Shown here: piece by piece, positions 9,749 through 18,813 of the stretch
Layout: each line of letters starts with the position of its first letter
How positions within the stretch are numbered: the stretch's first letter is position 1
Source of the DNA: Dehalococcoidia bacterium
Lineage (GTDB): Bacteria > Chloroflexota > Dehalococcoidia > Bin125
DNA length: 64,000 nt
Reading direction: 5' to 3'
Assembly (NCBI GenBank): GCA_963555985.3
Contig: OY820591.1
Span: 640,001 to 704,000, forward strand
Notes under the pieces: generated by a model
Told to the model about the DNA's origin: nothing
Seen by the model: only the letters and a program-made list of their open reading frames with translations
The model's database searches: none
Made by a program: the position numbers and the translations under genes

Positions 9749-10464
9749 TCGGCCGCCGGAATCTCGATCGGCGAACTTCGCAGCCATCGCCCTTGATCCG
9801 GATCGATCGGAAAGTAGCGACGCTGCGGCAGAAAATCGTCGAAGCCCGACACCCGGAAGCCGAACTCAGTACGCCCGTTATCGAGCCGGCGCGCGATGAT
9901 CCGCCCGCGAACGCCGCTATCCAACTCAACCACCGAACTGTGCAGCCAGCGCTCGGGGATCGCGTTTGCCGGAAAGAGACGCCGCTCGGGCAAAATCTCC
10001 CTACCCGCCGCGTCGCGCAGGCCGAACTCGATGCGCCCGTCCTCAAGCAATCGGGCAATGATCTGGATGCTGGGCGCAACCGGCGCGGTCGTTTGCGCGC
10101 TGCTGAAATCGCTGAGGCGCACGCGCGTCAGTTCGCCGTAGCGCAACTCGAACTGCCGGCTCAGCCGGATCGAGTCGTTGCTGAGGAGATAGAACCGAAT
10201 CATCCGCCCGTCGTCCGAGGCGAGGTAGAGCAGCCAGCGACCGTCCTCGATCGTGACGGAGCCGAGCTCGGCTCCGTCAACCGCCACAGCGCGGACTTCC
10301 GCTCCCTCGAAGGCGTCAAAGTCGGTACCCCAGAACCAGTGCGGCGGCAGCGGAATACCGTCCTGCGCCTTTGCCGGATCGGCGAGCGTAGCGGCGAAGA
10401 GCAGCAGCGCCGACGCCGCGATCGCGGCGGCCCAATCTCGGCGTCGGCGACCGGGAACGTTCAT
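9745..10464 (-). CDS. Secreted protein with duplicated IIARR..GR.EFG.R domain
   Basis: Signal peptide (AKA-Q), two internal ~55-aa repeats, paralog of next gene. Confidence 0.75.
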   Translation of the reverse strand: MNVPGRRRRDWAAAIAASALLLFAATLADPAKAQDGIPLPPHWFWGTDFDAFEGAEVRAVAVDGAELGSVTIEDGRWLLYLASDDGRMIRFYLLSNDSIRLSRQFELRYGELTRVRLSDFSSAQTTAPVAPSIQIIARLLEDGRIEFGLRDAAGREILPERRLFPANAIPERWLHSSVVELDSGVRGRIIARRLDNGRTEFGFRVSGFDDFLPQRRYFPIDPDQGRWLRSSPIEIPAAD

Positions 10465-10490
10465 CGCGCTTTCTGATTCGGCTGGGACGA

Positions 10491-10518
10491 ACAGACCCGC
10501 GCCGAAACGCGGGTCTGT
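10491..10518. terminator. Intergenic hairpin between the paralogous secreted genes
   Basis: ACAGACCCGCG-ccgaaa-CGCGGGTCTGT perfect 11-bp stem; no strong U tract. Confidence 0.5.
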
Positions 10519-10542
10519 CTGGCTCTGCGCTCAACGGGTTGC

Positions 10543-11304
10543 TCAGCGCGGCGGATTGATCTCAATCTCCGAGCTCCGCAGCCAGCGGTTGTGATCGGGC
10601 CCGCTCGCGGGGAAATACCGCGCCGACGGGAAGATGTCGTCGTAGCCCGCTACGCGGAAACCGAATTCGATCCGTCCGTTGGGATCGCCTCCCTCACGGC
10701 GGGCGATGATCTGCCCGACAAAGCCGTCGCCGAAGTCGATTTCGGAACTGTGCAGGAAGCGATCGTGGCTGGGTCCGGTGGCGGGGAAGTAGCGCGCCCG
10801 CGGGAAGATGTCTTCACCGCTGGGTGAGCGCATCCCGAACTCGACGCGGCCGTCGGGCGCGCGCCGCGCGATGATGCGCACCATCAGCGTGGGCGGCGCT
10901 TCTACCTGGAGATCGTCATCCGGTACCTCGACTACGGTGAACTGCGCGAGCCGGATTCGCGTCAGCTCGGCCTTCTGCACGTCGTATTCGACCGTGGTGC
11001 GCGTGCCGTCGTCCGCGTCAAATTCGAATCTGACCTTGCGATGCTCGGTCGCAATCGTGATTGACCACTGCCCTTGAGTATTGACTGTGGTCGAATCGAT
11101 CGTCGCGCCGTTGGAGTCGACCGCGCGAATGACCGTGCCGCTGTAGTTGTCGTAGCCGATGCCATAGAACCAGTGCGGCGGATCGGGCAATCCCTGCGCG
11201 CTCAGACTGGGGGCAAAGGCCGCGGCCAGGCCCAACAGGGCGGTGAGAGCGGCCAGGCGGAGCGTCCAGCCCCGCCTCATCTCCAGCTTCTGGATCACTC
11301 GCAT
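10543..11304 (-). CDS. Secreted protein with duplicated IIARR..GR.EFG.R domain
   Basis: Signal peptide (LSA-Q), PPHWFYG, two internal repeats ending WL.SSEI; start uncertain (11304 or 11340). Confidence 0.75.
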   Translation of the reverse strand: MRVIQKLEMRRGWTLRLAALTALLGLAAAFAPSLSAQGLPDPPHWFYGIGYDNYSGTVIRAVDSNGATIDSTTVNTQGQWSITIATEHRKVRFEFDADDGTRTTVEYDVQKAELTRIRLAQFTVVEVPDDDLQVEAPPTLMVRIIARRAPDGRVEFGMRSPSGEDIFPRARYFPATGPSHDRFLHSSEIDFGDGFVGQIIARREGGDPNGRIEFGFRVAGYDDIFPSARYFPASGPDHNRWLRSSEIEINPPR

Positions 11305-11508
11305 GATGATGTCTTCACCCTTCACTCCGTCGGTACCCACATTCAGCCTGCCGATACACCTGCCCTTGCCGATCCGATAAGCGGACGGTCAAGTAGCCGA
11401 TGCGGTTAACTCTACACGCGCTTTGCACATGGTGATCGGTGAAATCGGGACGGATTTTGCGCTCCGCTTACGCAGCAAGCCCAAACAGCCCCAATCTGGT
11501 AGCGGGAA

Positions 11509-12270
11509 CTAGCGCGCGAGGAAGCCGCCGTCGATCTTCAGCTCCGAGCCCGTGATGTACGAAGCCTCGTCGGAGGCCAGAAAGAGCACGCCGTTCGCCA
11601 CTTCATCGACCTCGCCCGTGCGCCGCAGCGGGATCGCGCGGACGAGCCGCGCGCGCGCGTCGTCGGTCATGCCCACGCTCGAACGCATCGGCGGCATGAA
11701 GCCCGGATGCACCGTGTTGACCCGAATCCCTTGCGGCCCCAGCCGAACCGCCATTGCCTTGGAGAAGTTGCGCACCGCCGCTTTCGAAGCGTGATAGGCC
11801 GGATGCCCCGCATCGGAACCGACGAAGCCGTAGATCGAGGAAATGTTCACGATCGAGCCGCCGTTGCCCGCCGTCAGCATCGCCGCTGAACCCAGCTTGG
11901 TGCCCAGGAAGACGCCGGTCGCGTTCACGTTCATAATCCGGTGCCAACCCTCGGTCGAGTTGGGGTCGTCCACCGAGGTTGATGACAGTCCGGCGTTGTT
12001 GACCAGCACGTCGAGCCGTCCGCCGTGCGCTTCGAGGGTGGAGGTCAGCAGCGCGTTCCACTCCTCCTCGGCGGTCACGTCCATCGAGACGAAGTTGGCG
12101 ACCCCGCCGGCCGAGCGGATCTGCTCCTCAACCTCGCGCCCGCCTTCCTCATAGAGATCGGCGATCACGACCGCCGCGCCCTCGCGGGCGAACAGCCGGC
12201 ACTCGGCCGCCCCCATCCCCGCGCCGCCGCCGGTAACGATGGCGACTTTGCCTTCGAGTCTTCCGGTCAT
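11509..12270 (-). CDS. Short-chain dehydrogenase/reductase
   Basis: TGGGAGMG, NNAG, YHASK. Confidence 0.95.
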   Translation of the reverse strand: MTGRLEGKVAIVTGGGAGMGAAECRLFAREGAAVVIADLYEEGGREVEEQIRSAGGVANFVSMDVTAEEEWNALLTSTLEAHGGRLDVLVNNAGLSSTSVDDPNSTEGWHRIMNVNATGVFLGTKLGSAAMLTAGNGGSIVNISSIYGFVGSDAGHPAYHASKAAVRNFSKAMAVRLGPQGIRVNTVHPGFMPPMRSSVGMTDDARARLVRAIPLRRTGEVDEVANGVLFLASDEASYITGSELKIDGGFLAR

Positions 12271-12291
12271 GGTGATCTCCTAGCGTTCGGC

Positions 12292-12543
12292 CTACTGAAT
12301 GGGATCCGGTTGCTGATTGTTGGAGGCTTGCGCCCAAGCTCTACGCAGTTCGTCATGATGCTGTTTGGCCCAGTCGCGCAGCTGACGCTCATGTCGCTTG
12401 GACAGCCTTCCCTCGATGACCAACAGACTTTCTACCGCTATCTGCACTTCATCTGTACCCACCCGGGCGTGGAAGTGCGGCGGGTTGTGGTCGCCCGCAA
12501 TCATGAAGACCTTGATTGCGCCGACCCGACAGAGCTCAGACAG
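12292..12543 (-). CDS. DUF4160 family protein (possible CTG start)
   Basis: DHNPPHFHARVG, IEGRL...LRDWA; family N-terminus extends to in-frame CTG 12543 (first ATG at 12504). Confidence 0.75.
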   Translation of the reverse strand: MSELCRVGAIKVFMIAGDHNPPHFHARVGTDEVQIAVESLLVIEGRLSKRHERQLRDWAKQHHDELRRAWAQASNNQQPDPIQ

Positions 12544-13147
12544 GGGATGGGCTTCTTTCGTAGAGCTTCATGACCTCTTGCCATGGCAGTCCGGTGACGT
12601 CGATGTACAGCGCATAGCCGCATCGCTCGAGGTCGTCGCCCCAGATGACGTCGCTGCTACCGGCCAAACGAACCGACTCAAAGTACTCGCGATCTTGCCA
12701 TCCTGCGAAGGCAGGACCAGATGCCAAGAAGCTGAGATCGGCGATACCACTCGTCCCATCGGCGAACTCAACCCATATGGAATAACCCTCACGCGGCTCG
12801 ACGGCAACTACGTCTGTCGGACTCGGCCCAGAACTGCGTAGGGACCACTCTGGGTCCCACTCGGGATACAAGTCGTCGACAGATATGCCGGTCAGCCGCG
12901 AGTAGACCTCGTCGGCTGACATCTGGGTCTCGTACTCGACCCAGACCAAATCGCCGTACGGGGCGATCTGGATTCGCTCGAAGTACTCGCGACTCTGCCA
13001 GCGCCGGAAGTAGGGCTGATCGGCCAGGTCCGACAAATCGACGAGTCCGCTCACGCCGTCGTCAAACTCGACCCAGATCGTGAAGCCCTCGCGGGCTTCC
13101 ACCCGGATCGGTGTCTTCCACTCAGGCTCAGGGCCAAGTTCCGACAT
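12536..13147 (-). CDS. Tandem DUF2442 domain protein
   Basis: Two copies of VE.REG..IWVEF.DG.SG..DLS.LA..P.F..WQ.REYFE. Confidence 0.85.
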   Translation of the reverse strand: MSELGPEPEWKTPIRVEAREGFTIWVEFDDGVSGLVDLSDLADQPYFRRWQSREYFERIQIAPYGDLVWVEYETQMSADEVYSRLTGISVDDLYPEWDPEWSLRSSGPSPTDVVAVEPREGYSIWVEFADGTSGIADLSFLASGPAFAGWQDREYFESVRLAGSSDVIWGDDLERCGYALYIDVTGLPWQEVMKLYERSPSPV

Positions 13148-13160
13148 GACGGGTTCGCTC

Positions 13161-14357
13161 CTAGCCCCCCGCGGCGGCGCTCTCGTAGATCGAGGCCGGG
13201 GCCGGCGGCAGATGGTAAATCCGCTCCGCCGTCGTCCGCAGCACCTTCTCGCGGATGCCCTCGTCGAGGTCGGTCAGGACTTCGGTGATGTGCTCCTGCG
13301 CCCTCGGGTAGAGACATGTCGGGTGGGGGAAGTCGGTCTCGAACATCACGTTGTCTTCGCCGATCGCCGAGATCGTGGCGCGCGGGCCGAAGTCCTCGAA
13401 CCAGAACGAGGCGAAGATCTGGCGGCGGAAGTACTCCGACGGCTTCATGTTCAGGCCTTCGCGCTCGGTCGGCACCGTCTCCTCGAACTGGTAGTCCATC
13501 GCCTCGAGCAGGAACGGCACCCAGCCGATCCCGGACTCGACCGAGACGAAGTTGAGGCCGGGGTAGCGCTCACAGAGGCCGGAGAAGATCAGGTTCATAA
13601 TCACCTTGAAGTTGGTGATAAACAGGCTGATCGAGATCAACGCCAGCGATCGCTGCGGGCCGTAGCCGGGCCAGAGCAGCTTGTCGGCCACGCCGGCGCC
13701 CGCGCCGATGTGGAAGTTGACCGGCATCTCCATGTCCTGGCAGGTGTCCCAGAACGGGTCCCAGGCCGGGTCGCCGAGGTGCGGCAAGCCGAACGCCTCG
13801 GGCGTGTCGCACATCGTGATCCCGGTCATGCCGAGATCCTTGATCCGCTGCAACTCATCGATGGCGGCCGGGATGTCCCAGAACGGAACCAGGCCCTGCG
13901 GGAAGAGGCGGCCTTCGCCCTCCTCCTGGAACTCGGCGATGGCGTCGTTGTAGACCGTGCAGCAGATGTTGCGCAGCTCGTGATCCTCGATCTTGACGAA
14001 GTTCTGCGAGCCGAAGCCGGCCACGTTCGGGTAGACGATCTGCTGGGCGATGCCGAGCCGGTCGAGCAGCTTGAGCCGCTCCTTGGGGTCGGTCGCGGCT
14101 TTGCTCATCTGCTCGAACGAGGCCAGCGAGATTGAGCCGTACTCCTTGCTGCCGTCCTCGCGCACGACCGTGAATCCGGGCGGGCCAAAGTCGATGTCGT
14201 CGAGCACCGTCCAGCGCTGGTTGCCCTCGTCATTCACCGTGATATGGGGCACGGCGTCCTTGTACTTCGCCGGCGCGCGCGAGGTCCAGAGGTCGGGCGG
14301 CTCGGTGTAGTGCGAGTCGATGTCGATGACGGGAATCCCGTGAACGGTGAGGGACAT
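13161..14357 (-). CDS. Amidohydrolase family protein (Amidohydro_2)
   Basis: IDIDSHYTEP, NFHIG, SVESGIGW, FETDFPH; start at ATG 14357. Confidence 0.92.
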   Translation of the reverse strand: MSLTVHGIPVIDIDSHYTEPPDLWTSRAPAKYKDAVPHITVNDEGNQRWTVLDDIDFGPPGFTVVREDGSKEYGSISLASFEQMSKAATDPKERLKLLDRLGIAQQIVYPNVAGFGSQNFVKIEDHELRNICCTVYNDAIAEFQEEGEGRLFPQGLVPFWDIPAAIDELQRIKDLGMTGITMCDTPEAFGLPHLGDPAWDPFWDTCQDMEMPVNFHIGAGAGVADKLLWPGYGPQRSLALISISLFITNFKVIMNLIFSGLCERYPGLNFVSVESGIGWVPFLLEAMDYQFEETVPTEREGLNMKPSEYFRRQIFASFWFEDFGPRATISAIGEDNVMFETDFPHPTCLYPRAQEHITEVLTDLDEGIREKVLRTTAERIYHLPPAPASIYESAAAGG

Positions 14358-14480
14358 GATGCGGTCTCCTTGGCAAGGACTGTGTTTGAACTCATGGTAA
14401 CGCCTCAGAATTCGGCTAGGAACGCTCCCAAAACTCTCCCCCTGCATCGCGCCGCGAGACGCGCGTAGAGACTTCCCTCA

Positions 14481-14528
14481 CTCTCCCCCGCATCGCGGGG
14501 GGAGATGTCCCGTAGGGACAGAGGGGGG
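14481..14528 (+). repeat. Double-hairpin intergenic repeat, family B
   Basis: CTCCCCC-n-GGGGGAGATGTCCCGTAGGGACAGAGGGGG; related copies at 24594, 26560, 26643, 30566, 38026(-). Confidence 0.85.
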
Positions 14529-14548
14529 TCCAACCTGGAAGCTATTCC

Positions 14549-15595
14549 CTATCCGGCGGCGACCGCCAACTGCCGCCCGGCAAACTCCAGCGCCGCCGAC
14601 GCCGGCGTGATCCGCTCAGCCTCCGCCCGCGCAAAGACCTCCCGCGTCGTCTCATACACCCCCTCAGCGTGAGCCTCCGCCTGCTCATAACTCCACCCGC
14701 AGACCTCCTGCGCGACCGAGATCACCCCGCCTGAATTCACGACGTAATCCGGCGCATAGAGAATCCCGTGTTCGGCAAGCAGCTCCGCATCCTCCGGATC
14801 GCGTTCCAACTGATTGTTCGCCGCTCCGCAGACCGAACGCGCCGGCAGAAACGGAATCGTCTCCGCATTCAAAAGCCCGCCCAGCGCATTCGGCGAGAGC
14901 AGATCGCAGGGCGTCCTCAGCGCCTCGTCCACCGAGACTGTCTGCGCGCCCAGTTCCGCCGCCAGCGCCGCCGCCCCGATCGCGCGAATATCCGAGAGCA
15001 TCAGCCGCGCACCCTGCTCCGCAAGCGCCCGCGCCACCCGCGACCCCACCTTGCCTACGCCCAGAATCACGATCCGCCGCCCGTCCAGATCAGGATCGCC
15101 GTCCAGCGCCTCCAGCGTCGCCGCGATCCCCGCCAGCACCGTGGTCGCTGTCAGCGCCGAGGTATCACCGCTCCCGCCCAGCGCCTCCGACTTGCCCACC
15201 AGATGTGGCGTCCACTGCGAGAGTTGATCGATCTCGCTGGTCGTCGTGCCCACGTCGGTCGTGGTCAGAAACCGCCCCTCGAAGTGATTGACGAACTCCG
15301 CGTACGAGCGCAGTTGCGCCTCCGTCTTCTGCGACGGATCGCCCAGCACGACCGCCTTCCCGCCGCCAAACGGCAGCAGCGCCGCCGCCGACTTCAGCGT
15401 CATCGCCTGAGCCAACCGGCGGACATCCCTCAGCGCCTCATCAATGTCCGCGTAGGACAGCCAACGAGTGCCGCCGATCGCCGGCCCGCGAACGGTCGAG
15501 TGAATTGCGGCAGCGGCAGTCAGCTCCGCGTCTTCGTCGCGCCAGATGGCGATCTCCTCGTAGTCGTCGGTGGGAATCGTCGTCAGCTCGGCCAC
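14549..15595 (-). CDS. Leu/Phe/Val dehydrogenase
   Basis: IHSTVRGPAIGGTR, MTLKSA, GGGKAV, GVGKVG, GAANNQL; GAGGAG RBS before GTG 15595. Confidence 0.93.
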   Translation of the reverse strand: MAELTTIPTDDYEEIAIWRDEDAELTAAAAIHSTVRGPAIGGTRWLSYADIDEALRDVRRLAQAMTLKSAAALLPFGGGKAVVLGDPSQKTEAQLRSYAEFVNHFEGRFLTTTDVGTTTSEIDQLSQWTPHLVGKSEALGGSGDTSALTATTVLAGIAATLEALDGDPDLDGRRIVILGVGKVGSRVARALAEQGARLMLSDIRAIGAAALAAELGAQTVSVDEALRTPCDLLSPNALGGLLNAETIPFLPARSVCGAANNQLERDPEDAELLAEHGILYAPDYVVNSGGVISVAQEVCGWSYEQAEAHAEGVYETTREVFARAEAERITPASAALEFAGRQLAVAAG

Positions 15596-15703
15596 GCTGC
15601 GTCTCCTCACGTTCGCCCCCTCGTGGGGCCGCCAATTCAAAATTAGATCGCCTTGTCGCCGGCCGCGTCCCCGTTCTGCCAGACAATCAGCAGACGTTGT
15701 GTC

Positions 15704-16369
15704 TCAGGGAGCACGCCCGAATTGATCCGCAAATTCCCGCGTGTGCTCCGCAATCAACTCATCCGGCGCTTGCCCTGCGTAAATCCGCACGATCACCCCG
15801 TCCGGATCAACAAAAAACGACCGCGGCGGGCCGTTCGGCCCGCCCCCGCCATAGGCCCGAAACACCGTCCCGCTGTAGTCCATCGGCAAGACGTAGTTGA
15901 TCCCGAACTCCGAAGCGAACTCCTGCGCCGGATCGTCCGCCTCCTCAATGTTCACCCCCACGATCAGCAAACCGCTCTCCCCGTGCTCAGTTTGTGCCCG
16001 AATCAGCGCCGGAACCTCACGCCGGCAAGGGCCGCACCACGACGCCCAGAAATTAATCAGGATCGGCTGCCCGCGATAGTCCGAAAGCCGAAACGTTTCG
16101 CCGTCAAGCGTTTGCAGCTCGAAGTCCGGCGCGAGCTCGCCGCTCCGCGATCCGACCTCGCGTCCGTCCACGACCAACTCGGCCGGCAGCGCGACCACGC
16201 CCCCGTCAGCGCTCGGGCTTGGCTGGAGCAACGTCAACCAGAGCGCCGCCGCGACCGCCGCGACCACACCGACCGCCGCGATCACCGTCCGCGCCCCGTG
16301 ATACTCACGCGGACGATTCGGATTCTCGTGCGGCAAGCCGTCGTCGGGCTGGTGCTCGGATTCACTCAT
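15704..16369 (-). CDS. TlpA/ResA-like membrane-anchored thiol-disulfide oxidoreductase
   Basis: TM helix, APDFEL, INFWASWCGPC. Confidence 0.92.
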   Translation of the reverse strand: MSESEHQPDDGLPHENPNRPREYHGARTVIAAVGVVAAVAAALWLTLLQPSPSADGGVVALPAELVVDGREVGSRSGELAPDFELQTLDGETFRLSDYRGQPILINFWASWCGPCRREVPALIRAQTEHGESGLLIVGVNIEEADDPAQEFASEFGINYVLPMDYSGTVFRAYGGGGPNGPPRSFFVDPDGVIVRIYAGQAPDELIAEHTREFADQFGRAP

Positions 16370-16419
16370 GGGGCGGATATCATGCCCTTGCAACACACTC
16401 GTGAGCGGACGGAGGGACA

Positions 16420-16926
16420 ATGCCGGCTGAGTCGATCCCCGCCGATCAATTCCTCGAAGCGATTCGGGACGCAGGCGTCCAGGACATCGTCCTGGTCCCC
16501 GACACCCACCAGCGTACGCTGCTTGATCTCTTGATGGCCGACCCCGGCATTCGCACAGTCCACTGTTCCACCGAAGACGAGGCCGTCGCCATCTCGGCCG
16601 GCCTGATCATCGGCGGACGGCGGCCGATGATGCAAATCCAGCACGCCGGACTCTACGCCTCTGTCAACAACCTGCGCGGCGTCGCCCTCGACGGACACTT
16701 CCCCATCGTCCTCCTGATCGGCCTGCTCGGCCGCGACCCCGAACTCGACCCGCGCGACGACGGCGGCTCAATGGTCAGACTCTGCGAACCGCTGCTCGAC
16801 ACCCTGGGCATTCCCTCGCACCTGCTCGACAGCGCCGACGACCTCCATCACGTCGCCGCCGCCTTCGCTGAAGCCGCCGAACGCCAGGGCCCTGTAGCTC
16901 TGCTGGTAGGAGCGCCCACCGCATGA
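16420..16926 (+). CDS. TPP-dependent decarboxylase alpha subunit (ComD/Ppd-like)
   Basis: VPDT, EDEAVAISAG, EPLLDTLGIP. Confidence 0.85.
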   Translation: MPAESIPADQFLEAIRDAGVQDIVLVPDTHQRTLLDLLMADPGIRTVHCSTEDEAVAISAGLIIGGRRPMMQIQHAGLYASVNNLRGVALDGHFPIVLLIGLLGRDPELDPRDDGGSMVRLCEPLLDTLGIPSHLLDSADDLHHVAAAFAEAAERQGPVALLVGAPTA

Positions 16927-17540
16927 CCGACACCCCCCAAGCCGAACAGACCGACCAGCGCATGTCCCTCGAAGCCGCGCTCGACGTGCTCGCGCGCAGA
17001 CGCGATCAGCAGGTCGTCGTCGGCACCATGACCGCCAACGGCCCCTGGCGCGAGCGCTCTCCCCACGAACTCAACCTCGCCTGCATCGGTTTCATGGGCG
17101 GAGCCTCCGCGCTGGGCTTGGGCGTCGCCCTCTCCCAGCCCGACCGAGACGTCTGGGTGATTGACGGCGACGGCTCCCTGATGATGCAGCTCGGCTCGCT
17201 CGGCACGATCGCCGGCGCCGCCCCAGCCAACTTCGTCCACATCGTCATCCACAACGGCGTCTACGAGACCAGCGGCGCCCAACCCGTGCCCTCGGAGGCC
17301 AGCGTCGACTTCGCCGCCATGGCCGCAGGCGCGGGTTACCGCCAGACCGCCATCTTCGCCGATGTTGAGGAGTTCGACAGCGCCCTGGACGAGCTCCTGG
17401 CCGCGGAAGGCCCAACCCTGATCGAACTCCGAACCCGTCCCGGAGGCAAATTCTTCACCGCCCGCCCCACCCCCGTCGGCAGCACCCCCGCCCTAGCCCG
17501 AATGTGGCCCCCAGTCGCCGAGGCCCTGAACCAAGCGTGA
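16923..17540 (+). CDS. TPP-dependent decarboxylase beta subunit (ComE/Ppd-like)
   Basis: MGGASALGLG, DGDGSLMM...NGVYETSGAQP TPP motif. Confidence 0.88.
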   Translation: MTDTPQAEQTDQRMSLEAALDVLARRRDQQVVVGTMTANGPWRERSPHELNLACIGFMGGASALGLGVALSQPDRDVWVIDGDGSLMMQLGSLGTIAGAAPANFVHIVIHNGVYETSGAQPVPSEASVDFAAMAAGAGYRQTAIFADVEEFDSALDELLAAEGPTLIELRTRPGGKFFTARPTPVGSTPALARMWPPVAEALNQA

Positions 17541-17575
17541 GATCCGAAAGCTGATGAACAGGCTACGGTGAGGCT

Positions 17576-18799
17576 ATGAACGGCAGCTACACCGACGCGG
17601 AACTTAGGGCCATGATGGCGGACCTCGAGTCCGAACTCGTGGAGCGCAAGGCGGTGCTCGCCGGAACCGCGCGTGAGCGGATCCGTGAGGCGATCTGCGC
17701 GTTCGCCAACGATGTCCAGGGCCACGATCGCCCGGGTGTCGTCTTTCTGGGCCTTGAGGACGACGGTTCGCCGTCCGGGATGACGATCTCTGAGCCTGTG
17801 CTGCTCACGCTTGCTGACATGAAGACCGACGGCAACATCCTCCCCCAACCGAGCATGTCGGTGAAGAAACACGAATTGCCAGGCGGGGAAGTGGCCTCGA
17901 TCACAGTCTGGCCGTCCGATTCGCCGCCGCTGCGATACGCAGGCCGGATTTGGGTGCGAATCGGCCCCCGTCGCGGACTGGCGAGCGCCCAGGACGAACG
18001 CATCCTCAATGAACGGCGCAGAATGAAGGACGCGCACTACGACATCCTGCCGGTACCCGGTGCGCGGCTCGAAGACTTGAACCTGCGCCGCTTTGAGGAG
18101 GACTATCTCCCCGCTGCCTTCAGTCGCGAGCTGTTGGATGCGAACGATCGTAATCTCGAGCAACGCCTCGCCGCGCTTCGCATGATCGTCTCTCTCCACG
18201 ATCCTCGGCCAACAATGACCGGCTTGTTGGTCTTGGCGGACGATCCGCAGCGCTATCTGCCCGGCGCGTACATCCAATTCCTGCGCATCGGCGGCGAGCA
18301 ACTCACCGATCCAATTCTCGATTCCTCGGTCTGCAAGGGCAATCTCACGGCCTTGACGAAAGAGCTCGGCTTACACCTGCGCGCGCATAACCGCATCGCC
18401 GTGGACATCACCAGCGGGCCGCTCGAACGCAGATATCCCGACTACCCGATGCGAGCCTTGGAAGAGCTCATCAACAACGCCGTCATGCACCGCGCATACG
18501 AGGGCACCAACGCTCCAATTCGCGTGTATTGGTACGACGACCGGATCGAAATCTCCAGTCCCGGTGGTCCCTCGGGCATCATCACCGCCGACAACTTTGG
18601 CCAGCCCGGTCTCGTTGACTATCGCAACCCCAACCTGGCTGAGGCGATGCGAGTCTTGAATCTGGTGCAGCGCTACGGCGTTGGCCTCTTGATCGCCCGT
18701 CAAGAGCTGCACCAGAACGGACAACACGCACCGGAGTTTCACGTAGATGCACGGCAAGTCCGCTGCATCGTCTGGAAGCAGAAACGACCGGACACCTGA
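17576..18799 (+). CDS. AlbA_2 (Schlafen-like) + HATPase_c_4 protein
   Basis: ESELVERK, ICAFAN, EELINNAVMHRAY, RIEISSPGG, YRNPNLA. Confidence 0.88.
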   Translation: MNGSYTDAELRAMMADLESELVERKAVLAGTARERIREAICAFANDVQGHDRPGVVFLGLEDDGSPSGMTISEPVLLTLADMKTDGNILPQPSMSVKKHELPGGEVASITVWPSDSPPLRYAGRIWVRIGPRRGLASAQDERILNERRRMKDAHYDILPVPGARLEDLNLRRFEEDYLPAAFSRELLDANDRNLEQRLAALRMIVSLHDPRPTMTGLLVLADDPQRYLPGAYIQFLRIGGEQLTDPILDSSVCKGNLTALTKELGLHLRAHNRIAVDITSGPLERRYPDYPMRALEELINNAVMHRAYEGTNAPIRVYWYDDRIEISSPGGPSGIITADNFGQPGLVDYRNPNLAEAMRVLNLVQRYGVGLLIARQELHQNGQHAPEFHVDARQVRCIVWKQKRPDT

Positions 18800-18813
18800 G
18801 CCGTATCTGCCCT

